A DNA stretch of 24,592 nucleotides from Archangium sp. (GCA_031367385.1 JANLPS010000281.1:1-24592), one strand, 5' to 3'; positions 1 to 8,939 are shown, numbered from the stretch's first letter. Notes: generated by a model from the sequence alone, not told the origin. Numbers and translations are program-made.

Positions 1-2818
1 CTCGCTCGGCCTTGAGCGCGAAATCGATCATCATGATCGCGTTCTTCTTCACGATGCCGATCAGCAAGACGATGCCGATCAACGCGATCACCGAGAACTC
101 TCCGCCGAAGAGCATCAACGCGATAAAGGCGCCCACGCCAGCAGATGGGAGCGTCGAGAGAATCGTCAGCGGGTGAATGAACGATTCATAGAGCACGCCG
201 AGCACGATGTAGACCGTGAGGAGCGCGGCCAAGATCAGCAGGGGCTCGCTGGCCAAAGACTCGGAGAACGCCTGCGCCGCGCCTTGAAAGCTCGAGTGCA
301 CTCCGGGCGGCAGGTCGAGCTTGGCCTGGGTCGCGGCGATCGCATCGACCGCGTCTCCCAGCGAGGTGCCCGGCGTGACATTGAACGAGAGCGTGATGGC
401 TCGAAACTGGCCTTGGTGGTTGAGCGCCAGAGGGGCCTCGCGCGTCTCGACCTGCACCAGCTCCGAGAGCGCGATGGCCTGGCCCGCGGCGCTTCGTACG
501 TAGAGCGACGAGAGCGACGCGGCGTCTGTCGAGTAGCCCGGCTTCACCTCGAGAATGACGCGGTACAAGTTCAGCTGCGTGTAAATGGTCGAGACCTGTC
601 GCTGGCCAAAGGCATCATAGAGCGTGTCATCGATGGCTTGCGTGGTGACTCCGAGCCGGGCGGCGGTGTCGCGGTCGATGGTCAGGTGGGTGACCGGCCC
701 GAGCTCTTGTTGGTCTGACGCGACGTCTTTGAGCTGAGGCAGGGCTGCGATCGCCTCTTCGATTTTCGGAGCCCACGCCTCGAGCTCAGCGCTGTCGGCG
801 TCTTCGAGCGTGTATTGAAATTGCGTACGACTGAGCCGGTTGTCGACCTGCAGATCTTGCGCGGCCTGCAAGTACACCGACATGCCTTCGACGGCCCGCA
901 CCCGGTCTTGAAGCCGGCGAATGATCTGCTCAGCCGATGCAGCGCGCTTCGAGCGAGGCTTGAGCGAGATGTTGAGTCGCCCACTGTTGGTCGTCGCGTT
1001 CGTGCCGTCAGCGCCGATGAACGCGGCGACGTTCTCGACGTCGGGGTCTTGCAACACCTCGTGAATCACGCGCTCCTGCAGCTTGGTCATCGACGCGAAC
1101 GAGGCATCGGCCCCGCCCTGCGTGACCCCCAAGATGAGCCCGGTGTCTTGCTGGGGGAAAAACCCCTTGGGGATCACCACCGCCAGCAGCGCTGTCAACA
1201 CCACGGTCGAGAGCGTGACCAACAAAGTGAACGTCTGGTGCTCGAGCACCCAGATCAGGCCCCGCTTGTAGACGGCAAGCAGCCAGTTGAACGCCCCCTC
1301 TGACGCCCGGTAAAACCAGCCGCGCTCGTGCTCTTTCGGCTCTGGCTTGAGCAGGTACGCGCCCATCATCGGAGTCAGGGTCAGCGACAAGATGGCCGAC
1401 ACACCGATCGCCGCGCTCAAGGTGATCGCGAACTCGCGAAAGAGCCGGCCGATCAGCCCGCCCATGAACAACAGGGGTATCAAGACCGCGATCAACGAGA
1501 CCGTCAGCGAGACGATGGTGAAGCCGATTTGCTTCGCGCCTTTGATGGCCGCATCGAAGGCCGAGTCACCTTCTTCGATGTAGCGCGAGATGTTCTCGAG
1601 CATCACGATCGCGTCGTCGACCACGAAGCCGGTCGAAATCGTCAACGCCATCAACGACAGGTTGTTCAGGCTGAAGCCCAAGAAATACATGATGCCGAAG
1701 GTGCCGACCAACGACAGCGGCACGGTCACGCTGGGTATCAGCGTCGCTCGAACGTTTCGCAAGAACGCGAAGATGACCAACACCACCAGCCCGATGGTCA
1801 GCGTGAGGGTGAACTCGACGTCTTCGACCGACGCTCGCACCGTCTCGGTACGGTCTGAGAGCACCGTCACCGTCAGCCCCTGTGGCAGCGAGGCCTGCAG
1901 CTGCGGCAGCAAGGCCTTCACCCGATCGGCCACCGCAATCACGTTGGCCCCGGGCTGGCGTTGCACGTTGAGAATGACCGCGCGGGTCTGGTTGGCCCAG
2001 CCTGCCAGCGAATCGTTCTCGACTCCGTCGATGACCTCGCCGACCTCTCGCAATCGAATCGGAGCGCCGTTCTTGTAGGCGATCACCAGGGGCTCGAAGG
2101 CCTTGGCGCTGGTCAGCTGATCATCGGCGGCGATGGTGTATTCCTGCCGGGCGCCATCGAGGGTGCCCTTGGGTTGGTTCACGTTGGCGGCGACGATCGC
2201 GCTGCGAATGTCTTCGAGCGTCAAGTTCGCCCCGGCCAAGGCCAGCGGGTCGACCTGCACGCGCACCGCCGGCTTCTGACCACCATTGAGGCTGACCAGG
2301 CCGACCCCTGGCACCTGCGAAATTTTCTGAGCCAGAATCGAGTCGGCCTGATCATCGACCTGGGCCAACGAGAGGCTCGGAGACGACAAGGCCAGAGTCA
2401 AAATCGGCGTGTCAGCTGGGTTCGACTTGCTGTAGGTCGGCGGCCCCGGGAGCGTTCGCGGCAGCACGCTGGTCGCCGCGTTGATCGCCGCCTGTACGTC
2501 TTGCTCGGCCGCATCGATGCTGCGATCGAGGTCGAACTGCAAGGTGACCTGCGAGCTGCCTTGGCTACTCACCGAGGTCATCTGCGTCAACGAGGGCATC
2601 TGCCCGAATTGACGCTCGAGCGGAGTCGTCACCGCCGACGCCATCGTCTCGGCGCTCGCGCCAGGCAGTGACGTCGTCACCGAGATGGTGGGGTAATCGA
2701 CCTGGGGCAGCGCGGCGACCGGCAACTTGCGAAACGCCACCACGCCCGACAGCAAGAGCCCGATGGTCAGCAGCGTCGTCGCGACCGGCCTCCGAATGAA
2801 GGGCTCGGAGATGCTCAT
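1..2818 (-). CDS. mdtB: MdtB/MuxB-family multidrug RND efflux permease (3' end runs off the window)
   Basis: Absent from the ORF track because it has no stop in the window; translated by hand from ATG 2818. It begins MSISEPFIRRPVATTLL...LPQVDYPTISVTTSLPGASAETMASAVTTPLERQFGQM and also contains GFVVDDAIVMLENISRY and, at the left edge, GIVKKNAIMMIDFAL in the same frame as the start. ATGA overlap with the mdtA stop. Confidence 0.92.
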   Translation of the reverse strand, partial: MSISEPFIRRPVATTLLTIGLLLSGVVAFRKLPVAALPQVDYPTISVTTSLPGASAETMASAVTTPLERQFGQMPSLTQMTSVSSQGSSQVTLQFDLDRSIDAAEQDVQAAINAATSVLPRTLPGPPTYSKSNPADTPILTLALSSPSLSLAQVDDQADSILAQKISQVPGVGLVSLNGGQKPAVRVQVDPLALAGANLTLEDIRSAIVAANVNQPKGTLDGARQEYTIAADDQLTSAKAFEPLVIAYKNGAPIRLREVGEVIDGVENDSLAGWANQTRAVILNVQRQPGANVIAVADRVKALLPQLQASLPQGLTVTVLSDRTETVRASVEDVEFTLTLTIGLVVLVIFAFLRNVRATLIPSVTVPLSLVGTFGIMYFLGFSLNNLSLMALTISTGFVVDDAIVMLENISRYIEEGDSAFDAAIKGAKQIGFTIVSLTVSLIAVLIPLLFMGGLIGRLFREFAITLSAAIGVSAILSLTLTPMMGAYLLKPEPKEHERGWFYRASEGAFNWLLAVYKRGLIWVLEHQTFTLLVTLSTVVLTALLAVVIPKGFFPQQDTGLILGVTQGGADASFASMTKLQERVIHEVLQDPDVENVAAFIGADGTNATTNSGRLNISLKPRSKRAASAEQIIRRLQDRVRAVEGMSVYLQAAQDLQVDNRLSRTQFQYTLEDADSAELEAWAPKIEEAIAALPQLKDVASDQQELGPVTHLTIDRDTAARLGVTTQAIDDTLYDAFGQRQVSTIYTQLNLYRVILEVKPGYSTDAASLSSLYVRSAAGQAIALSELVQVETREAPLALNHQGQFRAITLSFNVTPGTSLGDAVDAIAATQAKLDLPPGVHSSFQGAAQAFSESLASEPLLILAALLTVYIVLGVLYESFIHPLTILSTLPSAGVGAFIALMLFGGEFSVIALIGIVLLIGIVKKNAIMMIDFALKAER

Positions 2819-4002
2819 CGCTCGCCTCGAGCGTCTCCAGTGATCGCCGCCGTGCGGGGGTCGACCGCGGCGCCGGGCTTGAGCTGACTCTGGCCGTCGA
2901 TGATGACGCGGTCTCCGACCTTGAGCCCCGCGCTGAGCACCGCGACGGCGCCTTCGATGATGTCGACCTCGACCGGCTTGAGCTGCGCGGTGTCATCAGC
3001 CGCGGCGACGTAGACGAAGGTGCCGTGCGGCCCGCGTTGAATGGCGGCCGCGGCAACCACCAACGCGCCTTTCTTCTGCTCGACGGTCAGCCGGGCTTTG
3101 ACGAACTGGTTGGGCCACAGCGCCCGAGTCGGGTTGGCGAACATCGCCTTGAGCTTGAGCGTGCCAGTGCCTGCGTTGATCTGGTTGTCGATGACCGAGA
3201 GCGAGCCCGAGGCCAGCCGAGTGCGCCCGTCGCGCGACCAGACTTCGACACCTAAGGTGTCATTCTCGGCGGCCTTTTGAATGCGGCTGATCTCGTCTTG
3301 AGGCACCGTGAAGATGACGGAGATCGGGTCCAGCTGGGTGAGCACAACCAGCGGCGAGGCATCTGAGGCATGCACGATGTTGCCGGTGTCGATCTGGCGA
3401 ATGCCGGCCACTCCGTCGATGGGGGCGACGACGTGCGAGTACTCGAGCTGCAACCTGGCGCTGTCGCTGTTCGCCTTCGAGATGCCAGCGGTGGCCTCGG
3501 CTTGGTCGACCACCGACTGCTGATCATCGACTTGCTGTTGGGCGATCAGGTTTTGATTTTTCAGCTGCAGGGTGCGTTCGAGCGTCAGCTTGGCGTTCTT
3601 GAGCGCCGCCTGGTCGCGCGCGAAGGTCGCCTGCGTCTGCGCCAGCGCATTCTGAAACGGCCGCGAGTCGATCTGGGCGAGCTGCTGGCCCTTCTTCACC
3701 ACCGAGCCCTCTTGAAAGCCGACGCTCATCAATTGACCATCGACCTGACTGCGCACCGCCACCGTCGCCAACGGCGTCACCGTGCCCAGCCCTTCGAGCA
3801 CGATCGGCACGTCGCGCTGGGTCGCGAGCTCGATCAGCACCGGCACTTTGCGCTCTGCGACGGCCCCTGGTCTGCCGCCTTTGCCCGAACCGCTCGACGC
3901 CGACCCGGTCACTCGCGAGATCACCACGCCCGCGATGACAAGACCGGCCAGCACCACCACCGCCAGCACCACGCGACGACGTTTCGGAGAACCCTCAGCC
4001 AT
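2815..4002 (-). CDS. mdtA: MdtA/MuxA-family RND membrane fusion (periplasmic adaptor) protein
   Basis: N-terminal TM anchor, then GLGTVTPLATVAVRSQVDGQL, GQQLAQIDSRPF, APIDGVAGIRQIDTGN and ALWPNQFVKARL. Directly upstream of the RND permease. Confidence 0.92.
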   Translation of the reverse strand: MAEGSPKRRRVVLAVVVLAGLVIAGVVISRVTGSASSGSGKGGRPGAVAERKVPVLIELATQRDVPIVLEGLGTVTPLATVAVRSQVDGQLMSVGFQEGSVVKKGQQLAQIDSRPFQNALAQTQATFARDQAALKNAKLTLERTLQLKNQNLIAQQQVDDQQSVVDQAEATAGISKANSDSARLQLEYSHVVAPIDGVAGIRQIDTGNIVHASDASPLVVLTQLDPISVIFTVPQDEISRIQKAAENDTLGVEVWSRDGRTRLASGSLSVIDNQINAGTGTLKLKAMFANPTRALWPNQFVKARLTVEQKKGALVVAAAAIQRGPHGTFVYVAAADDTAQLKPVEVDIIEGAVAVLSAGLKVGDRVIIDGQSQLKPGAAVDPRTAAITGDARGER

Positions 4003-4244
4003 GGGCCGGAGCTATGCCGATGGTTCCCTCGGTGCATCAGGCTTCCGACGAGGTCAGGGCGCGGTGTGACGAGCGGCGTTTTTCACCTTACGAACCGATC
4101 ACTCCATTGCCGCGATACTGGCATTTCATCCGCTGTGGCAGACGGTGATCGAGTGACTTGGAGATTGACCCTCGTCGCGATGACACCTATCGACTCGGTC
4201 GTAGCTCACAGCAGTACGATTGACTCCCAAGGGGGAACACACAC

Positions 4245-4952
4245 ATGAAGAAAATACTTATTGCCAGCTGCGTTGCGGTCTCGATCTCGGCGTTCGCACA
4301 AGCTCCGGCGCCCGCGCCGAAGGCCGCTCCCGCGCCTGCCGCAGCACCGGCGGCTGCTCCTGCTGCCGCGCCTGCCCCTGCCATGGCGATGGATATGATG
4401 AAGATGGGCGCGCCGTCGCGCAAGCCGACCGACGAGAAGAAGACCAAGAAGGAAGTCGAAGAGTTCTTGAAGAAGTCAGAGATGGCCGAGATGAACAACG
4501 ACGAAACGGCCAAGATGGCGATGATGGACTTCCCCGTCTACATGGCGACCGACGACATGAAGGGCGTGCCCTCGGCGATGCCGGTCACCAAAGACGAGTA
4601 CTCGACCATGATGAAGAGCATGGGCGAGATGCCCAAAGACCTGAAGATGGCCCACAAGCCGACCATCACCGTCTTGAGCGACTCGTTGGTCTCGATGGTC
4701 GACGATTTCACCATGACCCAGGGCAAGACCAAGGCCATGGGCCGCAATGCGGCGCTGCTCGTCAAGGTCGGCACGGAGTGGAAGTGGAAGTCGATGGTCG
4801 AGGCCGGCTGGGGCGGCATGATGGGCAGCGGCGAGAAGGCCGCGATGGCTCCGACGGGCGCGGCTCCCGCTGGCGCGGCGAAGACCCCCGCGTCGACGAT
4901 GTCGCCTCCTCCGGCCAACACGGCGGCGCCGGCTCCGGCTCCGAAGAAGTAA
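4245..4952 (+). CDS. Exported Met-rich protein with an NTF2/DUF4440-like core flanked by Pro/Ala-rich linkers
   Basis: Purine-rich RBS (AAGGGGGA) upstream; Sec signal peptide ending AFA-Q; core ...HKPTITVLSDSLVSMVDDFTMT...LLVKVGTEWKW resembles an NTF2/SnoaL fold; followed by a terminator. Confidence 0.75.
   Translation: MKKILIASCVAVSISAFAQAPAPAPKAAPAPAAAPAAAPAAAPAPAMAMDMMKMGAPSRKPTDEKKTKKEVEEFLKKSEMAEMNNDETAKMAMMDFPVYMATDDMKGVPSAMPVTKDEYSTMMKSMGEMPKDLKMAHKPTITVLSDSLVSMVDDFTMTQGKTKAMGRNAALLVKVGTEWKWKSMVEAGWGGMMGSGEKAAMAPTGAAPAGAAKTPASTMSPPPANTAAPAPAPKK
4300..4385 (+). repeat. Low-complexity coding repeat (APAPAP/PAAA tandem linker)
   Basis: Encodes QAPAPAPKAAPAPAAAPAAAPAAAPAPA with diversified codons. 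Confidence 0.8.
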
Positions 4953-4982
4953 TTTCTTCTTGAGAGACTGTTGATTGAAACG

Positions 4983-5017
4983 ACCCGCGTACCGAGCTTT
5001 CGGTGCGCGGGTTTTTT
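4983..5017 (+). terminator. Rho-independent terminator of the 4245..4952 gene
   Basis: Stem ACCCGCGTACCG (4983-4994) / CGGTGCGCGGGT (5001-5012) with one G-U pair and a short loop, ending in a T6 run at 5012-5017; lies between convergent genes. Confidence 0.88.
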
Positions 5018-5030
5018 CATGTCGGTGCTC

Positions 5031-5723
5031 TCAAGGCCCGCTGGCGTCGCGCTTCTGCCAGGTGTGCCGCAACACCCGGCCCAACACCGGGAGCCGGGCC
5101 CCATTGAAGTGCTTGGTGTTCTGCCCGGTGCAGCGCGTGAACGCCTCGCGCCGGCACGGGTTCACCAGCAGCACTTCGCACGTCACGACCACCGCGCGAC
5201 GCTTGTTCTCGGCGCTCACCCGCTTCTCGCAGCGGCTGACCTCTTCGTCTTGCGCTCGCTGCAGTTCGGCTTCGAGCCGTTTTCGCTCGTCAGCGCTGCG
5301 TGCGCCAACCACTGAAAAGCCGCGAGGGGCCGAGCATTCATCGGTGGTCTCGAGGCCCTCTTCGAATGAGACCATCAGGTTGTCATCGGTGTCATCGGGC
5401 GTCGCCAGGTAGATGGTTTTCGCGCCGGGAGCGCTCGCCGAGTCGACGAAGACCGCGCCCCATTGGGTTCGCCCCCACCCCGAGCAGCTGCCAAACCCGC
5501 TCGAGACGGGGCACAGCCAGACCGAACGCTCGCAGGTGAGCGGGGCGGGGGCAGTGACCTCGACGCAGGCGGGGTCTTTGTCGGTCACTTCAAGCTTCGG
5601 CAAGCGCACCGGAGCGTTGGTTCGCGCCCACGCCTCGACGGCCTTCGTTCTGACGGCGGGGTCAGGGTCACTGAGCGAAGGTTCGGAGCCGAGCACCAGC
5701 AACGTCAGCAGCATGGCGCTCAT
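5031..5723 (-). CDS. Hypothetical Cys-rich, probably exported protein
   Basis: 230-aa ORF filling the gap between the terminator and the receiver gene; GGGAG upstream of the ATG; hydrophobic N-terminus; a HEAT-like LSDPDPAVRTKAVEAW segment; 9 Cys. Confidence 0.6.
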   Translation of the reverse strand: MSAMLLTLLVLGSEPSLSDPDPAVRTKAVEAWARTNAPVRLPKLEVTDKDPACVEVTAPAPLTCERSVWLCPVSSGFGSCSGWGRTQWGAVFVDSASAPGAKTIYLATPDDTDDNLMVSFEEGLETTDECSAPRGFSVVGARSADERKRLEAELQRAQDEEVSRCEKRVSAENKRRAVVVTCEVLLVNPCRREAFTRCTGQNTKHFNGARLPVLGRVLRHTWQKRDASGP

Positions 5724-5744
5724 CGAGGGCTCCCACGTGGCGAA

Positions 5745-6191
5745 TCACTCACGCTTCTTGCGAATCGGCGACATCGTATCGCTCATCACCTGGGTCAAGC
5801 GGTCGCGCAGCCCGGTCAGCGCGGTTTCTCCGGTGACTGATTCGAGCGCCTGTGCCACGGCCTCTTCAATCGCCGCCAGGTCGCGAAAAGGCTTCGCCAG
5901 GCACACGTCGGGCCGCTCTGCGCCCAACGAGAACGGCTCTGGGTGCGCGGTGATCAACACCACTGGCAGGCCCGGCACCCGGCGTCGCGCTTCGGCAACC
6001 ACTTCGGCCCCGTGCATGCCTGGCAGGTGCTTGTCGACCACCAGGCAGTCGACCTGGCCCCGGGTGACATGCTCGAGGCCCGCTTCTCCGGAGCTCGCGG
6101 TCAGCACCGAGTGCCCTGCGCGAATCAGCACCTTGGCGAGCAGCTCGCAGACCTGCACGTCGTCGTCGATGACCACGATTCGGGCGGTCAC
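5745..6191 (-). CDS. Single-domain response regulator (CheY-like receiver)
   Basis: From GTG 6191: RIVVIDDD (acidic pocket), LVVDKHLPGMHG (phospho-Asp), LITAH (Thr) and LAKPF (Lys-Pro); no output domain. The longer ORF-track N-terminus is antisense to alkA. Confidence 0.85.
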   Translation of the reverse strand: MTARIVVIDDDVQVCELLAKVLIRAGHSVLTASSGEAGLEHVTRGQVDCLVVDKHLPGMHGAEVVAEARRRVPGLPVVLITAHPEPFSLGAERPDVCLAKPFRDLAAIEEAVAQALESVTGETALTGLRDRLTQVMSDTMSPIRKKRE

Positions 6192-6285
6192 GCGCGAGCA
6201 CTCGAGCTGAATCTGAGGAGTGAAATGCGCATCGGCCGGGTCGCACTCTAGTCGACCTGCGCGCCGTGCGCTGTATAAGCGCGCC

Positions 6286-6921
6286 ATGGCAGACCCCTTC
6301 GCCAAAGAGCTTCGAAAGGCAGAGAAGACGTTGTCGAAGCTCGACGACAAATTAGCGCGGCTGATCAAACGAGCCGGCCCCTGTCGCATCGAGAAGGCGA
6401 CCCACTTCGAGCCTTTCGAGTCGCTGCTCTCGTCAATCGCGCACCAACAGCTCAACGGCAAGGCGGCCGAGACCATTCTGGGGCGGCTCAAGGCCAAGCT
6501 CGGAGATGGCCTCGGCGGGTGGCCGACACCCCAGAAGATTCTCTCGGCGCGCATGCCATCGCTTCGGGCTTGTGGGTTTTCTCGCAACAAGGGCCTGGCG
6601 ATCAAAGATCTCGCCGCGAAGACGCTCGACGGCACCGTGCCGACCGCCAAGGCGCTGCACACGCTGCACGAAGAAGAGATCGTCGAGCGGTTGATCGCCG
6701 TGCGTGGCATCGGCCGGTGGACGGTGGAGATGATGCTGATGTTTCGGCTCGGCCGCCTCGATGTGCTGCCGGTCGACGACTTCGGCGTTCGCAAGGGGTT
6801 CAGCCTGCTCTACGGCAAGAAAGAGATGGTGAAGCCCAAAGAGTTGCTCGCGCTCGGCGAAGCGTGGAGGCCCTACCGCTCGGTCGCCAGCTGGTACATG
6901 TGGCGGGTGCTCGATGTCTGA
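6286..6921 (+). CDS. alkA: DNA-3-methyladenine glycosylase II (AlkA / HhH-GPD family)
   Basis: FESLLSSIAHQQL; HhH motif LIAVRGIGRWTVEM; LPVDDFGVRKG with the catalytic Asp; WRPYRSVASWYMW. Start placed at ATG 6286. Confidence 0.92.
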   Translation: MADPFAKELRKAEKTLSKLDDKLARLIKRAGPCRIEKATHFEPFESLLSSIAHQQLNGKAAETILGRLKAKLGDGLGGWPTPQKILSARMPSLRACGFSRNKGLAIKDLAAKTLDGTVPTAKALHTLHEEEIVERLIAVRGIGRWTVEMMLMFRLGRLDVLPVDDFGVRKGFSLLYGKKEMVKPKELLALGEAWRPYRSVASWYMWRVLDV

Positions 6922-8317
6922 CCCGGTCGACGACTCGGGCGAGCTGGCGAAGCTGGGGTACGCGCAGGAGCTGCTTCGCTCGATGGGCCCGTTTCAAAAC
7001 TTCGCGTTGAGCTTCTCGATCATCTCGATTCTAACTGGCGCGGTGACGTTGTACGGCGATGGGCTCAAGTGGGGCGGCCCGCTGGTGATGTCGGTGGGGT
7101 GGCCGATCGTCGCGGTCTTCACCTGCTTCATCGCCGCCTCGCTGGCCGAGCTGGCCTCGGCGTTTCCCACCGCGGGGGCGCTGTACCACTGGGCCTCGAT
7201 TCTCGGAGGCCCCGGTGCGGGGTGGGCCACCGCCTGGCTCAATACGCTCGGTCAGTTCGCGGTGACCGCCGCGATCGACTTCGGGCTCGCCAAGTTCTTG
7301 GCGCCGCTGCTCGGGCTCGAAGCGAGCCGCTCGAACGTGCTGCCGCTGTTCACGGGGCTGCTGCTCAGCCACGCGCTGCTCAACCACGTCGGCGTGCGGC
7401 TGGTCTCCGCGCTCAACACCGTCTCTGCCTGGTACCACGTGGCGGGAGTGCTGGTGGTCGTCGGCGCGATCGGCTTCTTCGCCCCGAAGCAGCCGGTGTC
7501 GTTTTTACTGACCTCGTATACGCACGACCCGACCAGCTTGTTGCCGGGGTTTCTCATCGCGCTCGTTCAACCCGCGTGGACGTTTACCGGGTACGACGCG
7601 TCAGCCCACGTGTCGGAGGAGACGCTCGATGCCAGTCGCAACGCCCCCCGTGGCATCATGATGGCGGTCATCGCCAGCGCGATTGCCGGGTGGCTCATGC
7701 TGCTCGCGGTGACTTTGGCGATTCACGATGTGCCCACCCAAGCCGCCGCCGAGAACCCGTTCATCTCGGTGTTGGAGGGCTCGATGGGCTCGCTTGGCAC
7801 GGCGCTGGTCTGGGTCTGCGTTGGCGCAATGTGGTTTTGCGGCCTCGCCAGCGTCACCAGCAACTCGCGCATGCTCTTCGCCTTCGCGCGCGATGGAGGC
7901 CTGCCGCTCTCGAGGCACCTGGCCAAGGTCTCGAAGCGCTTTCAGAGCCCGCACGTCGCGGTCTGGGTCTCGGTCGCGATGGCCTTGCTGATCACCATGT
8001 GGAGCGAAGACGCCTACACCCTGATGGCCGCCCTCTCGACGGTCGCCCTCTATGCCAGCTACGCGCTGCCAATTTTGATGGGGTTGCTGGCGAGAAAGAA
8101 GGGCTGGCCACGCCGGGGCCCCTGGCACCTGGGCAAATACAGCGCAGTCGTCAACGTGGTGGCCCTGCTCTGGGTCGCCTTCATGCTGGTGGTGATGTCG
8201 CTGCCCCCCAACGGCAAGGCGGGGCTCACCTTTCTGGGCACCGTCGCGGTGCTGGTAGTGGCCTGGTTCGCCTGGGTGCGCCGCAGCTTCAAAGGGCCAG
8301 CTGCCGCTCACGAGTGA
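6914..8317 (+). CDS. APC-superfamily amino acid/amine permease (GABA/choline/polyamine-type)
   Basis: LGYAQELLRSMGPFQNFALSFSIISIL, LAELASAFPTAGALYHW, GYDASAHVSEET and SRMLFAFARDGGLP; ~12 TM segments; 8-bp overlap with the alkA stop. Confidence 0.92.
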   Translation: MSDPVDDSGELAKLGYAQELLRSMGPFQNFALSFSIISILTGAVTLYGDGLKWGGPLVMSVGWPIVAVFTCFIAASLAELASAFPTAGALYHWASILGGPGAGWATAWLNTLGQFAVTAAIDFGLAKFLAPLLGLEASRSNVLPLFTGLLLSHALLNHVGVRLVSALNTVSAWYHVAGVLVVVGAIGFFAPKQPVSFLLTSYTHDPTSLLPGFLIALVQPAWTFTGYDASAHVSEETLDASRNAPRGIMMAVIASAIAGWLMLLAVTLAIHDVPTQAAAENPFISVLEGSMGSLGTALVWVCVGAMWFCGLASVTSNSRMLFAFARDGGLPLSRHLAKVSKRFQSPHVAVWVSVAMALLITMWSEDAYTLMAALSTVALYASYALPILMGLLARKKGWPRRGPWHLGKYSAVVNVVALLWVAFMLVVMSLPPNGKAGLTFLGTVAVLVVAWFAWVRRSFKGPAAAHE

Positions 8318-8939
8318 CGAAGAGCGACAGGGTGATGGCGTAGGCCCCGATCACGTCGATGGTGTAGTGCAAATGAGCCATGAATACCGTAACCACGACA
8401 ACAATATGCATGAATATCATAATCATGCGCAACGTTTTGAAGCGCCAGACATAGAGCAGCAGCAGAAACGTGGTCGAGACGTGGCCTGAGAAGAACAGGT
8501 CTTTGGTCAACGAGACCTGCGCGCCGCCCTCGGGGTTGAAGAAGCCGAACGGCGTGATCAACCGCCAAAACGCCGCCGAGCGCGCGGCATCATCGAGCCC
8601 GGCGTGAACATCGACCCCATTGACCGGGCCCAACCCGGTGACCGCGATGCAGACGCCGCGCACCAACGAGAGCAGGCCTGAGCTGACCATGGAGCGAATG
8701 TACCGCGCCCCATCGACCCGCAGCAGGGTCAGGCCGACCGGCACGTAGGCCAGGAGCCAGATGAAATAGTTCCACCGGTCGACCCAGGGCACGTAGGGCA
8801 CGTGCTGCAACACCCAGTCGGGCAAGCTGGGCGCGGGGCGGGCCTCGGCCCAGAGCGCCAGCCACACCATCAGTGCCGAGCAGCTGGCCCGAAAGACGAA
8901 GCTCGCAGCGACTGCAGCGAACAACCGCTTTGCGCTCAC
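8289..8939 (-). CDS. Sphingomyelin-synthase-like / PAP2-related membrane phosphotransferase
   Basis: ~6 TM segments; catalytic motifs KDLFFSGH and HLHYTIDV match the SMS/PAP2_C DxxFSGH and HYxxDV patterns; N-terminal LPD motif; GTGA overlap with the ahpD stop. Confidence 0.8.
   Translation of the reverse strand: MSAKRLFAAVAASFVFRASCSALMVWLALWAEARPAPSLPDWVLQHVPYVPWVDRWNYFIWLLAYVPVGLTLLRVDGARYIRSMVSSGLLSLVRGVCIAVTGLGPVNGVDVHAGLDDAARSAAFWRLITPFGFFNPEGGAQVSLTKDLFFSGHVSTTFLLLLYVWRFKTLRMIMIFMHIVVVVTVFMAHLHYTIDVIGAYAITLSLFVTRERQLAL

Noticed and set aside
173..2671. Plus-strand ORFs over the RND gene (173..718, 815..1303, 1328..1858, 1961..2671, etc.)
   Set aside because: Antisense shadows of mdtB, typical of high-GC codon bias; no recognisable motifs.
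4003..4020. GG-N10-GC sigma54-like element upstream of mdtA
   Set aside because: It ends 2 nt from the ATG, so transcription would start inside the gene.
4119..4134. Sigma54-like TGGCAT-N5-CCGCT upstream of the Met-rich gene
   Set aside because: Poor -12 match, and competing sigma70-like hexamers (TTGACC 4165, TACGAT 4215) lie nearby; cannot be resolved from sequence.
6192..6794. ~200-aa N-terminal extension of the response regulator ORF (5745..6794)
   Set aside because: It is largely antisense to alkA; receiver homology begins at GTG 6191.
7069..8343. 424-aa Arg/Gly-rich ORF overlapping the permease
   Set aside because: Alternative-frame artefact of GC-rich coding sequence.
8405..8435. 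Possible dif site (minus-strand GTTGCGCATGA resembles the XerC arm)
   Set aside because: The conserved XerD arm TTATGTTAAAT is absent at the required spacing, and the site is intragenic.
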